A program made the position numbers and the translations under genes. DNA of 63,987 nucleotides, counting the filler, from Basidiobolus ranarum (lineage: Eukaryota): assembly GCA_040143965.1 (NCBI GenBank). It is 4 parts of 4 records of this genome, joined end to end, with 100 filler letters (N's around TTAATTAATTAA, not from the genome) between each part and the next. Parts side by side here need not be neighbours in the genome. Positions count along the whole stretch, not along the records: positions 16,099 to 32,078 come from JASJQH010000359.1; positions 32,179 to 48,147 come from JASJQH010000360.1; 2 more parts are not named here. One strand, written 5' to 3'. The notes below the pieces were generated by a model. That model was not told the DNA's origin, made no database searches, and saw nothing but the letters and a program-made list of their open reading frames with translations. Each line of letters starts with the position of its first letter. The first letter of the stretch is position 1. Shown one piece after another: positions 27,306 through 39,019 of this stretch.

Positions 27306-28825
27306 TCAAACTTGGGAAATACAATCTTTAGGAAACATTCCTTTAAACTCTGAGTTACGGCTTCGATTGTATCCATATAACATCCCTGCAACTTCATCCA
27401 GGATAACAATTTCGTCGCCTTTATAAATGAATACCTCCTCCTCAGTTTGAGGTACGTGTGTTGCCAATGCTCGAACGGTTAGGTTTTGGTCACCTGCGCT
27501 TAATTTGGTGCGAGAGGAGGGCGAGTGTGACGCTTTCATCGGCTCTATTCAAAAACATTAAACTGTGTACATATCATCCAAGTACAACATCTAATATCCA
27601 TACCGATTGTAGTGTTCCTTGATTTGAAGCGGAATATCAAAAAACCTCCGATGGCAAGAAATAATACAACGCCGACAACGATACCAACGATGGCACCGAT
27701 GGAAATGGTGCTAGAACCGGAATTACCACTCATTCCACCGGAGAATGCTCCGTTTGTTACGTTCTCGTTCGTCATTCCTAGAGCTTCATTAGTTAGGCCC
27801 TTGTACATAGTCAAGCAAGTTTCTTACCTCCTTGGCATTGAGATAAATATTGAACTCCTTCACAGCGGGTGTTGAATCCGGAAGGGCGGCAAGAGAAATT
27901 GTTATCCTTAAGTTCGCATTTAAAACCGCTCGTTGTTTGTATATCACCAGAAAGCTCGAGATTGATGGCTGGAAGTGGGCCAGTAAGCAGGTTTCCTTGT
28001 AATCCGCTAATAAAGAACATGTATCAGAATATGTATAGGTGTATGAAGTAGATTAATTAGTGTTATTTTGATTTACAGGTAGTTCATGGCAATTTTCTTT
28101 ACTATGGTAATGGGAATGGGTCCAGTTAGGCGATTCTGGTTTAGATTTCTAAAAAATGCACTTGAGTCTCTGCTATAAGTGAACAGATATCGCACTTTAC
28201 TTACAAGTGGACAATAGGAGCATCGAAGAGTTCTGAGGGAATGGGACCCTGTAGCTGGCATTCAGAGCAACGGCTACAATGATAAAAGTTAGATGATATT
28301 TGATGGAGTATAGCATTCGACAGTACTCACAATACACTTAGCCTCTGAAGCCTTCCTATACCAGGCGGAATCTGACCCCTAATGGAAGACACTGACAAGT
28401 GACTAGATATTTAAGAAGCCCATTAGCAACCATGGATCAGTGTCTTGTACAATTTGTGATGCTTACAGTTCTGCTAGATACGATAGCTTGAAAATATCAT
28501 CTGGTATCTTTCCTCCCAGATTGTTTCTTTCTAGCATTCTGTGAAGGGTTGAGTTTAGTGCCAAGTCAATCCTACATCTTCATCACAATTATACATACAT
28601 ATTTGTGACTCGATTTCCAGTTTGGCAGCTCACACCGCTCCAGGAGCAACAATTTCCATTGTTGAAGTCATTCCAACCGGTCTGATTGAGCCATGCTGGA
28701 CCTGAAAGTGACGGGTACAATATGTTGCGAAGATAGTTGCAATCATCAGACAGAAACTGCGCGTTACAAAGAGGGATGACTAAAAGAGCCAATGCAACCC
28801 ATAATGATGATAATAGATAAGTCAT
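27306..28825 (-). CDS. Single-pass receptor-like protein: signal peptide, plant-type LRR ectodomain, TM helix, cytoplasmic SH3 (8 exons, ~367 aa)
   Basis: Exons 28825-28599, 28538-28467, 28402-28331, 28273-28205, 28148-28077, 28006-27828, 27777-27604 and 27544-27306 are all GT-AG and splice in frame. N-cap W...NCCSWSGVSC; repeats LERNNLGGKIP, LSVSSIRGQIP, CSECQLQGPIP, LNQNRLTGPIP, LQGNLLTGPLP; TM GAIVGIVVGVVLFLAIGGFLIF; SH3 RAL...EEEVFIYKGDEIVIL...GMFPKDCI. Confidence 0.85.
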
Positions 28826-29970
28826 ATTCAGTACAAATAGATTAGAAAATTTCTTGGGTTTGAGCAAACCTATCGAACCTTAAATACAATAGCGAGCAGC
28901 CATCGGGAGAGTTCATGTAATAAATCGATGATCGTATCAAGCTCCAGACATATCTTTTGTGAGTAGAAAATCAAACGAAGACCAGTCCTGAGCCATTCCA
29001 ATGCACCTTTTTGAATTTCCTGTTACTAATCTCTGTGTAAAAGACCACCTCCGACTACTATACATGAAATAATATGCTCTTTTTTGTCAGTATAAGCCTA
29101 TGTATGACAATTGAAATGCATTGGTAGGAGCACAAACCACCTTATCACCAAGAGCGATATCAAGTTCCATGTGTATCTAGTTGAGACATTCTATCACCAA
29201 ATATTCCTAGATTAAGGGGATTAGACCTCACGGCGATTAGGCCACAAATAGAGATTTAAATTGGTAGTAGGTGTATATTAACCGGAATCCATGTACTAAT
29301 CTAAACGCTCTATTTAGAGCCTTGCATAAGATGGGGATTTCCTGTAGCGTAGCTTGACCTGAATACTAGACTTATGTAATTACTATACATCACTGTACAT
29401 TGTTATAGCGATCCCCACAGCACTTCTACATCTAGAGACGTGAATGATTACTAGATGTTTCAATTAACTGCCACACTCTAACATAATATTGCCGCTGGTG
29501 GTCTAATTCCCAACACTTCAGTATTAAGCGAGAAAAGGGGGAGGCTCCGTATTAAGTACAGCTTTGTATTCTATCCTATCAAGTTTACACACTCTATTGT
29601 TCTGACATGCTCTTACATATATAATTCCTTCCTACATCACAAACTCCTGATCCGCTTGAACGGATGCGCTATCATGCACTATTAGCCAGGTCCTTCCCTA
29701 CAGTTCATCGGCACTCCATCGACACGATTACGAATACCCTTTTATTTGTTAATCGATTCGACATTGTTGACTAATTCCACACTCTGCCACAAATCTATAT
29801 ACGTAGCAACTGATTTTCATGTGCGCTGCTGACCCGCCATTGAATTAAACAATCACATGTTACGCAAGTGGCTCCGTCATGATATCGACTCTAATTGGCT
29901 GAAATTTATTTATACATTTCATTATTAAAATTTGCAATTATACAGTAGAGAGTGATGCGACTCTAGTAGA

Positions 29971-30993
29971 TTAGATATTTTTAATAATATTGTCAGCAGG
30001 CATGCCCTCGTAAGTGATCTGATAGACAACGTTGATGAAGGGGAATTCTTGAATTTTCTGCTTGTGTACCAAATAGTTATGAACCTTTTCAATAGTAATA
30101 GGACCTTGAAGTTTTTGTCCATTCAGCATTTCACGTTCAAGAACATCAAATGGCTTGCCGGTCTTCACGAAAGCTTCACCTAGCATACGGTTGCGTCCAG
30201 CGTAATAGAGTGTTATCATTTCTGCAACACCACAGCTTTCGTAGAAAGTTTCTTTCCTTACTTCTGGGTAAAAAGTTTTGGCAAACTTGATGATTTCCAT
30301 CAAGCCAATTCGAACTACAGCAGCCTTAGTGTTGCCACCCAAGTTGAGGCCGTCAATAATACCAGCAGCAATGCCCAGGATATGCTTCAAAGCACCGCAT
30401 ATCTCCACTCCAATGATATCGTTAATGATCGTTACTTTGAGATAAGAGGTACTAAACAGTTTTTTGAAGAGTTTTCCGTGCTTGCGAACTATAGTACCAA
30501 TAGTAGTTTCACAGAAGTTTTCGTTGGCAACCTCAGAAGCTACGTTAGCTCCAGACATAACGCTCACTTCAATATCCAGAATTTCTTGAATGATTTCCGA
30601 GAAAAAGCGAATACTACTGAATGAAGAATCAAGACCTTTGATCAATGAAATAGCCTTAGCATCAGGACGAATACGACCGACCATTCTACGAAGAGTTTCT
30701 TTTAAAAACTGAGGTGGAATAACAAACACGAATAATGTAGCTTCTTTGATGCATTCGATGAGGTCTGAGTTGGCAACAATATTCTCAGGGAGTTTGACAC
30801 CAGGTAGATACTTGACATTCTCGTGTTTTGTGTTAATGATATCAGTCAGGCTCTCTCCATCAATGAATTCTTCGTGAACCCACATGTTGACTTGGTCGTC
30901 GAATTCGTCGTACTTGGTGACATTACTACCAATTATCTTGGCTGCGGTGGAACCCCAGTTTCCAGAACCGATTATACAAACTTTCTCAGTCAT
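29971..30993 (-). CDS. GPD1: NAD-dependent glycerol-3-phosphate dehydrogenase family protein (divergent), intronless
   Basis: KVCIIGSGNWG, HENVKYLPG, AISLIKG, SGANVASEVA, GVEICGALK, FYESCGVA, GRN and LNGQKLQG. Confidence 0.9.
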   Translation of the reverse strand: MTEKVCIIGSGNWGSTAAKIIGSNVTKYDEFDDQVNMWVHEEFIDGESLTDIINTKHENVKYLPGVKLPENIVANSDLIECIKEATLFVFVIPPQFLKETLRRMVGRIRPDAKAISLIKGLDSSFSSIRFFSEIIQEILDIEVSVMSGANVASEVANENFCETTIGTIVRKHGKLFKKLFSTSYLKVTIINDIIGVEICGALKHILGIAAGIIDGLNLGGNTKAAVVRIGLMEIIKFAKTFYPEVRKETFYESCGVAEMITLYYAGRNRMLGEAFVKTGKPFDVLEREMLNGQKLQGPITIEKVHNYLVHKQKIQEFPFINVVYQITYEGMPADNIIKNI

Positions 30994-32078
30994 GGACAAA
31001 AATTAAGAGATTAATGGAAGTGGTAAAACAGAAGTTTATGGAGCAACCAGAGAGGTCTAAGCACCCTTTATATAGTTTTAGTAAGCTTGGTAAATTTGCG
31101 TATGCCATCTGATCAGAGTTAACTCTAGAACATCGATAAGTACACAATGGATCAAATCGGATATCATGTAAACGATTTCTCTTCTCTGCGTCATCATGGA
31201 ACAAACTGGCTGATAGAATGCCAATCACCAATTTCAGTGTAAAAAATAGGACAAATCTCGGGATTCTCTTTGGCTAAAAACCATCGAATTTCCAAGGGAT
31301 CTTGGGCTGATACCCTAATTCCTAAAATATTTAGCAGGCATATAATTCAAGGTCTAGTTATTGGCTACGACATGCTTAGTCTAGACAAAAATTTGTGAGA
31401 AGCCTCTAGATTTCTAACTTTGCTAGCTGGACCGTGATTATCTGGGAAATCAATATCCTTGTACTAGCTTTGAACAAACCTTAATGGCAAAGAGCATAAT
31501 GGATGTATTAGTGATGCAAATGGTTATAATAAACATGAAAACAAATCCACTCAGGCGAGGGATGGAAGGTCTACTAGTTGATCTGTAGGACCTAGATCCG
31601 GCAGTGCAATGCTGATAACCGTTTAAGATTTTATCCATGAAGTTTGCTGATTGCGAATGGTCAGTAGTCTAAAATCATTTAACATTCTCCCACACTTGTT
31701 CAAACAGCTGTCATTTACTAATCAAGTGAATGAAGCTTAGATAAACCATTTGTCGAAGTATTCATTTTTGGTATCTGGTTACAATGTCAGTTCACGGTGG
31801 AGCGTCGAAGCCGCTTAACTAAATCACGGTTGGAAAACCATTGTAGGTCCAAGCCGTGATGGATTCTGATCAACATTTCGACAGTGAACAAGTTAAGCAG
31901 TGATTGTGACCGCTATTTTCCGCTCAAGGCTACTAGCTTGGTGCTTAACAAACAGTAAGCTTAGTAGCCCATTTTTGAAGCTAAATCTGTGTATGATGCG
32001 AAAGACAATTCGGCTGAGCAGCGTCGGTAGTGGTACTTATGTAAGCTGCAAGCTCATGAGCGATCATTGTCTCTGTAT

Positions 32079-32178
32079 NNNNNNNNNNNNNNNNNNNNNN
32101 NNNNNNNNNNNNNNNNNNNNNNTTAATTAATTAANNNNNNNNNNNNNNNNNNNNNNNNNNNNNNNNNNNNNNNNNNNN
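32079..32178. other. Artificial contig-joining linker
   Basis: N44-TTAATTAATTAA-N44. Confidence 0.97.
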
Positions 32179-33378
32179 AACTGAGATTTTATTAATTAAA
32201 TGTATCTGGCAACCATGTCCACTGTACAATTGCTACTTTTAGATCTTGACTAGTGTTGAATGAATATCTGGATTCTTTAGTCTTATGCTCGCTTTCTCGA
32301 CCTAATAGTTTGTTTGGCATACGCTTTAGATCAGAAGATTTCAAGGATTTTTTTGGAATAGGCTTCCCGTAGTCTTCGAGTGCTGGTACATATCCAGCCC
32401 TTGTGGCATTTTGTCGGCACTGGTCATGATTGCAACTGTTGGGGTCGTGATCATGATGATCTTTATGGCTAGTATGAGTACTCTTGAATGTATTGGCTTT
32501 ATCTTTTGGAAGAGGAGCTTCCTTTGGCGAAGCTGGTACACTTCCAGCTGATTCCGAGTAGTGTTCACCAATACTTTTATCATCCTCACTATCCTCTTCG
32601 TCACTATTGTCTCTATCATCCGCATGGCCAGATCCATTTGCCATCCGTTTGCGTCTTTTAATTACAGAACGTTTCATACTAACCGGTCTGTGCCTTCCAT
32701 GGAGTTTATAATATAGTCCTAATGAATAGTGAATTTGGATCAGAAAAGCTACTAACAAGAAAGTCTAATGATTCTAAGAGTACCGCAAGCATTACAGATG
32801 GTGGCGCCAGCTTCATCCCGACGCCACAATGGCGTCGTTGTTGTATTGCAATTAGCACAGATAAGTGACTGTCGATTGATTTGATGCTGATTGAACGTTG
32901 GACAGCCACTACAAGATTTTGATCCACCGGTTCCATTACAATGACCGTCGCCGGGGCATGTGCCTGGGGCTTCAGAAGAACAAGAAGATTTCTTTGGAGT
33001 ATTGCGTTTAAGCCAGTGTGGACGTACTGCATTACGAGCCTTCATATATAATCCTAAAAATGTAACAAAAAGCAGTTAGTAAGTGAAATATGAGCCCAGG
33101 TTAGAAAAATTCCTAAAGATCGCCAACATACCACAAGCATTACAAATAGTATCTCCGTTAGGGGCTCTTCTCCATAAAGGTGTTGTGGTTGTACCGCAGT
33201 TGGCACATACTGTGGCTGAAACTCCACCATTGTCGATAGGTTTTTTTGTTTTGGTAGACTTTGAAGGAGAAGAGGATCTGGGTGAACCTGGGAGACTACC
33301 ATCTTCCTCCATTGTGTCTATATGCTCTTGGTTGTTTTGTGGATGTGTTAGTTTACTAACAGCAGCGGTGATAACCAT
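32179..33378 (-). CDS. sreA: Iron-responsive GATA factor, SreA/Urbs1/Fep1 family (3' end probably cut by the linker)
   Basis: Two fingers, [14 protein letters not shown]...CNACG and [14 protein letters not shown]...CNACG, flank the Cys-rich [20 protein letters not shown] segment, followed by [28 protein letters not shown]...CAG intron appears to end just before the gap. Confidence 0.9.
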
Positions 33379-34495
33379 CGTATGTATAAAGTTGAGTAGG
33401 GCGATAAAAGGGAATCAAGGGTTAATTACGAAAATATTATAACGAGTAAGTTTTCTCAGATTTGATTCATCGAATTCTAAAAATGGTACTATTCAGCGAA
33501 TCTACTTCTAGAGACTAGTCCGCTTGAAGTGTTGTTAGCTAGATTACTTTAAGTCGGGACGTATAGAACTAGCCGAAGTACAAAAAAAGTATTTATAAGA
33601 GCGTTCAACTGACAAATAAAAAACTAAAACTCTCACAGGTAATGAAAATGAAAGCTAGAAGGAATTGAATTTGTAATGTCTCGACCTGTTCCTTAAGTAT
33701 ATTCATATTGTAGTAGATTTTCATCAATTCATCACCAACGAGATCACACCAATTTTTTGATTGGTAAATATGGATAGCACAAAAAAAGTAGATAATTTGA
33801 TAAAGCTAAGGCTAAATTGAAGTTCATAATATAAATGGAAATGATCGAATTGCCGATTGCATTTATATTAGTGTTTCTCAAAAGCACTACGAAATCACGA
33901 AAAGTAAATTCTATTAGTAGATCCTCGGCGCTATTGGGCTCTATTGGGCTCTTGAAGGTTTCTTTGTCAGGTCTAACCAAAGGTGCATATTTTTCTTTCA
34001 GATCAGATTACATCGGCACATTGATGGAGGAAGGGCCAGAGGAAGGGCCCTAGTTGTTGGTCCGTCAAATTGATATATGTGCTGGTAATACACACAAATT
34101 AAATGTTACTTATCTTTAGGGTACACATTTATATCCCTTAAATTTAATGATCTGATTAGATTCAACACTTGATCAGCATCTGATTGAATGATAGTATTTT
34201 TTACGCAGCTTTGCTCATCATAGCCCCAGTTCGCTCCAAGGATGATGATCTGATATCCCCTAGCCGATATCTCCTAGCCAATATCCCCATCTTGATCATG
34301 CTTACAAATATTACTAATATAATATAATCCGATATAAGCTCGTCAAAATCGATATTCTGTTTATGCAAATTGCTCCCAATAACTGTGTTTATTAACAGAC
34401 CAAGGGTTTTGTGGTACAACCAGTCTCTAATTGTACTGACATCGAGCACGAGATGGGTGTAAGAAACTCTGTAATGAAAATCTTCATTCCAGCGC

Positions 34496-35908
34496 TTAAT
34501 CACTTTTCTTCTTCTTCTTCTTTCTCAGCGATGTGAGATCCTGGTCCGGTCTCTTTTTACGTTTGAGACTTTGTTGCTCAGCCAATTCTATCGACAAAGT
34601 GGTTGGTTAGTGTTAGACAAGGCGGTAGTTTGGTTGCATGTCATGTGCTTACCTAACTGAGCCTTTTGCGCTGCCATAGCCTACATAGATGGTAACAAAG
34701 CGTAAATCACCGTAAATATCTTGCACTTCGTTGCTTTAAATTCTTACCGCTTTGCTCATCACCGACTGAATGGATGTCAACGTTAAACCGGTTTTCTTGC
34801 TGGCATTTGATGGATCGTTGGCTTGTTCAGTTGGAAGTTTAATTCCAGCTGTATAGATAGCTCTGTCTATACAACTTCGAAATTCTTTTACCTCTTGCTG
34901 CCTTAGCAGAGAGCTACCGGGATTATCTTAATCACCATTTAATATATTAAGTTATCGCTATGCAAGCCAAGTTCATCAACTCTGTGTAAATATACCTCGT
35001 GGCGCTGAAGAGCTCTGACTCCCTTCATTATCAATCTTCCAACTATATCCGCGAGAAGGATGGAATTCCGCAAATTTATGCGCTTCTCTGAAAGCACTTT
35101 GAAGGTGTGATAGACTAGTAAGCTTAGGAAAAGGTGTTCATTAGTCGACAATCCATTACTAGAGTCTATTATCTAGCATAACCATTACCATACGATTTGC
35201 CATGACTGAGTACAAGTCTGGTGACTGATAAATATTTCCATTGATGATATAATATGTCGCTATGGGGATTGCTGGGTAGATATCAGTATAGTTGAGGTCA
35301 AATACAGTAAGCCAAACTATTCCAATCATGCTGTTTATTACTCACCTTCTTCTGGGCTTCGGCGTCTTTGCTTCCTAATAACAAATAACACAGGCCAACG
35401 TTCATGTGCTAGTACAAATTCAATTCCAGTCATTTCTCTAGAGATTAAATATTTTAGTCTTAGATTTCAAACTTCATTTAAAACAAATAAAGGTCAAGTA
35501 TACCTCAATTTCATATCTAAGGGCTCAAGTTCATTGAATTGTGTTTGCATTTTCAAAATCGCGTTATTACTTTCGGGATCCCAATACGGAGATAAACTAA
35601 AGTATTCCAACACATTTTGCGGGTTCAAACCACCAGTTTGCTATATATCGGCGAGATAGAGAAATATATATTAAAAGGATTATTAGAAAAGTATCTTAAT
35701 TTGGTGGCCTTTCTCTCTCTGAATGAAGATTGTTTCTGTCTGAGGATATAGAAGGTCGTAGAATCCCGCTACAATCATAATGAAAAAATACCTCTGTCGA
35801 AAGTACAATCTAATATAACATCACAGATTATCCATAGATAATTTATTTTTTACTTACCACCAACCATTCTGAAAAGCGCCACTCAAGATTTGTTAGATCC
35901 TCTTCCAT
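34496..35908 (-). CDS. MED6: Mediator subunit 6, multi-exon
   Basis: MEEDLTNLEWR, NVLEYFSLSPYWDPESNNAILKMQ, MTGIEFVL...LFVIRKQRR, ATYYIINGNIYQSPDLYSV and FHPSRGYSW. Ends in a poly-Lys tail KKKKSD*. Confidence 0.9.
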
Positions 35909-36259
35909 ACTATATTTTATCTATGTGGTATTTACTTGGGTTTCTTAGAACCAAGCTTGAAGAATAGTGCACACCCTGTATCACGTGAATTGTTGGATGA
36001 TTTCAAATTATCACTTATAATTTAGAAAATTGAAGTTACTGTTGGATTAAAAAAATAGGATGGAAAATAAAAAGGAATTATTTATTTCTTGTGAAATTCA
36101 AATAAAAATAACACCCGACTCGAGAGAAATTTCAAGGTAAATTCGAAGTAGATGTGTTTTTAAAGGAGAGGTAGAGGCTTTTCATCATATATGAAATATT
36201 CTTATTTCAAACGCAATCGAAAACCCTGGTATAGCAACTGTGGAGAGAGGCGGATGCTT

Positions 36260-37318
36260 TTAAGCCTGCATATCGTCTTCTTCATCTGATTTTTCATCAG
36301 ACTCTCTGAATCTCGGATTCTACAGCATGATGTAAGTATATGTCTTCAGATGATGAATATGGTGATTACTTTACCTGAGCCTCATCTTTAACTCTCTTAG
36401 AAGCCAAGGGACTATCCATTTCTTGTCTTCCTCTTTTATTGCTAGGTGCTACATGGAAGTAAATCAATATTTGTCAGTTTACCAAGCAAACTATCAGGGA
36501 TTCAGATGAATAAAATGAAAATTCACTTACTTGGTCTTCTTCCAGAGTAATCCAACGAAGCACCTTGAGGAATGGTAGTAATAGCCTCGTAGTTGGCTTT
36601 TTGTTCCTTCTCTCTTTCTCTTTCTTGGCGTGCACGGATATGTCCCCAGCCACCTCTACCGGGATCGTATTCTTGACGATATTCATCACGAACCTATTCT
36701 CATTCATCATTTGTTAAGAGACGCGTACTTAATCTACTGTAGTTACGTTACGAATCTAAATACCTGTCCACCACTCCGACCACGTCCAAACTGACGCCCC
36801 TCTTTGAATCCAGGATCGAGATCTGTACGAATTATACGTTCGTCTAACTTGGTTCCGTTAACATATTTCATACAGTCAACCGCGTCTTGATGATGATAGT
36901 ACCTTAATAAAGAAAAGAGTCAATGAATACAAACCTCTCGAATGTTATTAATTTGGACAACAATTGAACCCAAAATTTCAACTTCAACTGTAGTTATCAT
37001 ACTTACTCTACAAAGCAAAAGCCACAGGGGGTCTTTTGTATACGATCTAATCCCATGATAATACGTTTGATTTCACCACATTTTTGAAATAACTCATAGA
37101 TCTGTTCTTCACTAGTAAAAAAAGAAAGGTTGCCTACATAAATGGTGGTGGAATTTCCTAATTCATTTTGTAATTGCGACCGCGTTCCCTAACAGTAAAA
37201 AGAAAGTCAATCAGCCACTTTGAACTTTTAAAATAAAGTATATCTGGTTAAAATATACCTGATACTGTTGATCACGATATGTTGATGGTGAGGATAAATG
37301 TGGGACAATCGTAGCCAT
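36260..37318 (-). CDS. CBC2: Nuclear cap-binding complex small subunit (CBP20), multi-exon
   Basis: [30 protein letters not shown]...[52 protein letters not shown] and NPRFRE. Confidence 0.95.
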
Positions 37319-37766
37319 CTTTAGTCTCTAGTAAGAAATAAAGATATAACCCGTTTAAAAACCTTCTAACAAAAGTTGTACGTATTTTTCGTGGAATAGT
37401 CAGGAATTATTTTCCAAAATTGAATGCATTAACTAAAACTGATTTAACTGGAATTCTTCCAATTTCACACTATAAACTTCCTATTTTGTTTAAACATTAA
37501 TCGATTTTTGGTAATGGATTTTTTTCGATATTGATCAAAATCAGTGTGAAATTCATCTGTCTTATTTGTTGCTAGTGGGTTGCTATTTTTGAATTGGTTG
37601 TAGCTGCGGCGAACTAAATTATTGAGGATTTTGCTATTCAAATTGAAGGTAGTCATTCTTATCACCCACTCTTACAACCAAACATAGGATACAAAGAGAG
37701 AAGTCAACAGAGCCCGCTAATAGAGTTATTTTTTTTTACTTCAATAAAATCTATCTGGACCCAAGA

Positions 37767-38755
37767 ATGTCGGGAAGTCCAGTATTTGGAATGTTGGAAC
37801 TATATGAACAACGTTCTAACTTTCAAATAGAACAAAATTCTTCGAGAGGAGAGAAAATGGATGAATTTTTCATCCCATGCACACCATCGCCTTCACCTGA
37901 GCCTTTACCTCCTCCATTAGAAATACCAAGTTTCTATTTTGACGACATCGAGGCCAATTCACCAACCAAAAGAACCAAAAACCACCATTTTGAACCGCTT
38001 GAACAGGAGATAGACATCATAGAACAAACACCGTGTCGAAGCGAAGATAAATGTGTATCAGTATCTAAATACGCTTACAAAAGCCTAGGAAAAAAACGTA
38101 CTACTCAGGAAGCAGACTTTATACGTAGTTTTAACTCCATGCCCAACAAAACCCCCTCCCGTACAACTACCAAAGATTTATCTACTCCTCATACGAGAGG
38201 TAGTCAAAAAACCACTAGACATATGGCGGTATCAACATTGTTGAATGCTGTACGTAGCCCTCGGAATAGCACACCCCTAAATTTCGAAGAAATTTCAGCA
38301 ACCAGCAGTGATGAAGAAAGTTCTTTAGCTGAATACGCAAAAGATAGGCTACTATCACCTGCAAAGACGTGGAAGAAAAAACCTGGTATAGGTAAGTCTC
38401 GTGACTACATTAATAGACTTCGGTATAGAATATATTCTAAAACCGATCTATCAATTTTACTAGTTTTTCAAAGTCCAACGAAACTCTCTTTACAGATGGG
38501 AACTCAAGTCACTCCAAATAATTCGTTGAAAAGATCAGGTTTGTACTACAGCTTTCTATAGGTTATCGAGAAACTAACAAAACCATCTTTACAATAATAG
38601 TTAGATCGTCTCTTACTCTGACCTCGTTTTCAAGCACGCAACGGGAGGATATGTCGACAAAATTGACCGGGAAAGAGTCCAGGTCATATAAAACCTCTAG
38701 ACACCGAGGTCCATCATCAAACAGCAGATCTCAATTAGATCTGTCGCCAGAGTAG
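37767..38755 (+). CDS. Hypothetical S/T/P-rich, probably disordered protein (probably 3 exons)
   Basis: Long ORF from ATG 37767, divergent from CBC2, with candidate GT-AG introns near 38392-38463 and 38539-38600. Many SP/TP motifs. No family recognised. Confidence 0.55.
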
Positions 38756-38952
38756 GCTCTGATAGACAGTCAAATGGGAGGGAATGAGCAGTTTGAACCT
38801 ACACAGAGAGGTGCATCTTTGTGACAGTGTCTTGGATGATTTTGTCTCACTACCTAACATTCAGATGTATAGATTGTAGTGCAATTATCTTCAATGTATT
38901 TTTAGCATATATAAAAGTGACCTTGTATATAGAAATATTTGCTTGTATGAAA

Positions 38953-39019
38953 TTCATCGCAGTGTCGGTAAATCTCCATAATAGTTCATCGCAGTGTCGG
39001 TAAATCTCCATAATAGTTC
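38953..39019 (+). repeat. Perfect 32-bp tandem duplication
   Basis: TTCATCGCAGTGTCGGTAAATCTCCATAATAG occurs at 38953-38984 and 38985-39016. Confidence 0.95.

Noticed and set aside
13748-28825. Functional cluster of SH3 proteins (Bem1 plus the LRR-SH3 receptor)
   Set aside because: They lie on different contigs separated by an artificial linker.
34201-34503. 100-aa ORF next to MED6
   Set aside because: It has a non-ATG start, is out of frame with the MED6 end, and overlaps 3' UTR/promoter DNA.
38953-39019. 32-bp repeat as a CRISPR-like array
   Set aside because: Two abutting copies, no spacers, no cas genes, and the DNA is eukaryotic.
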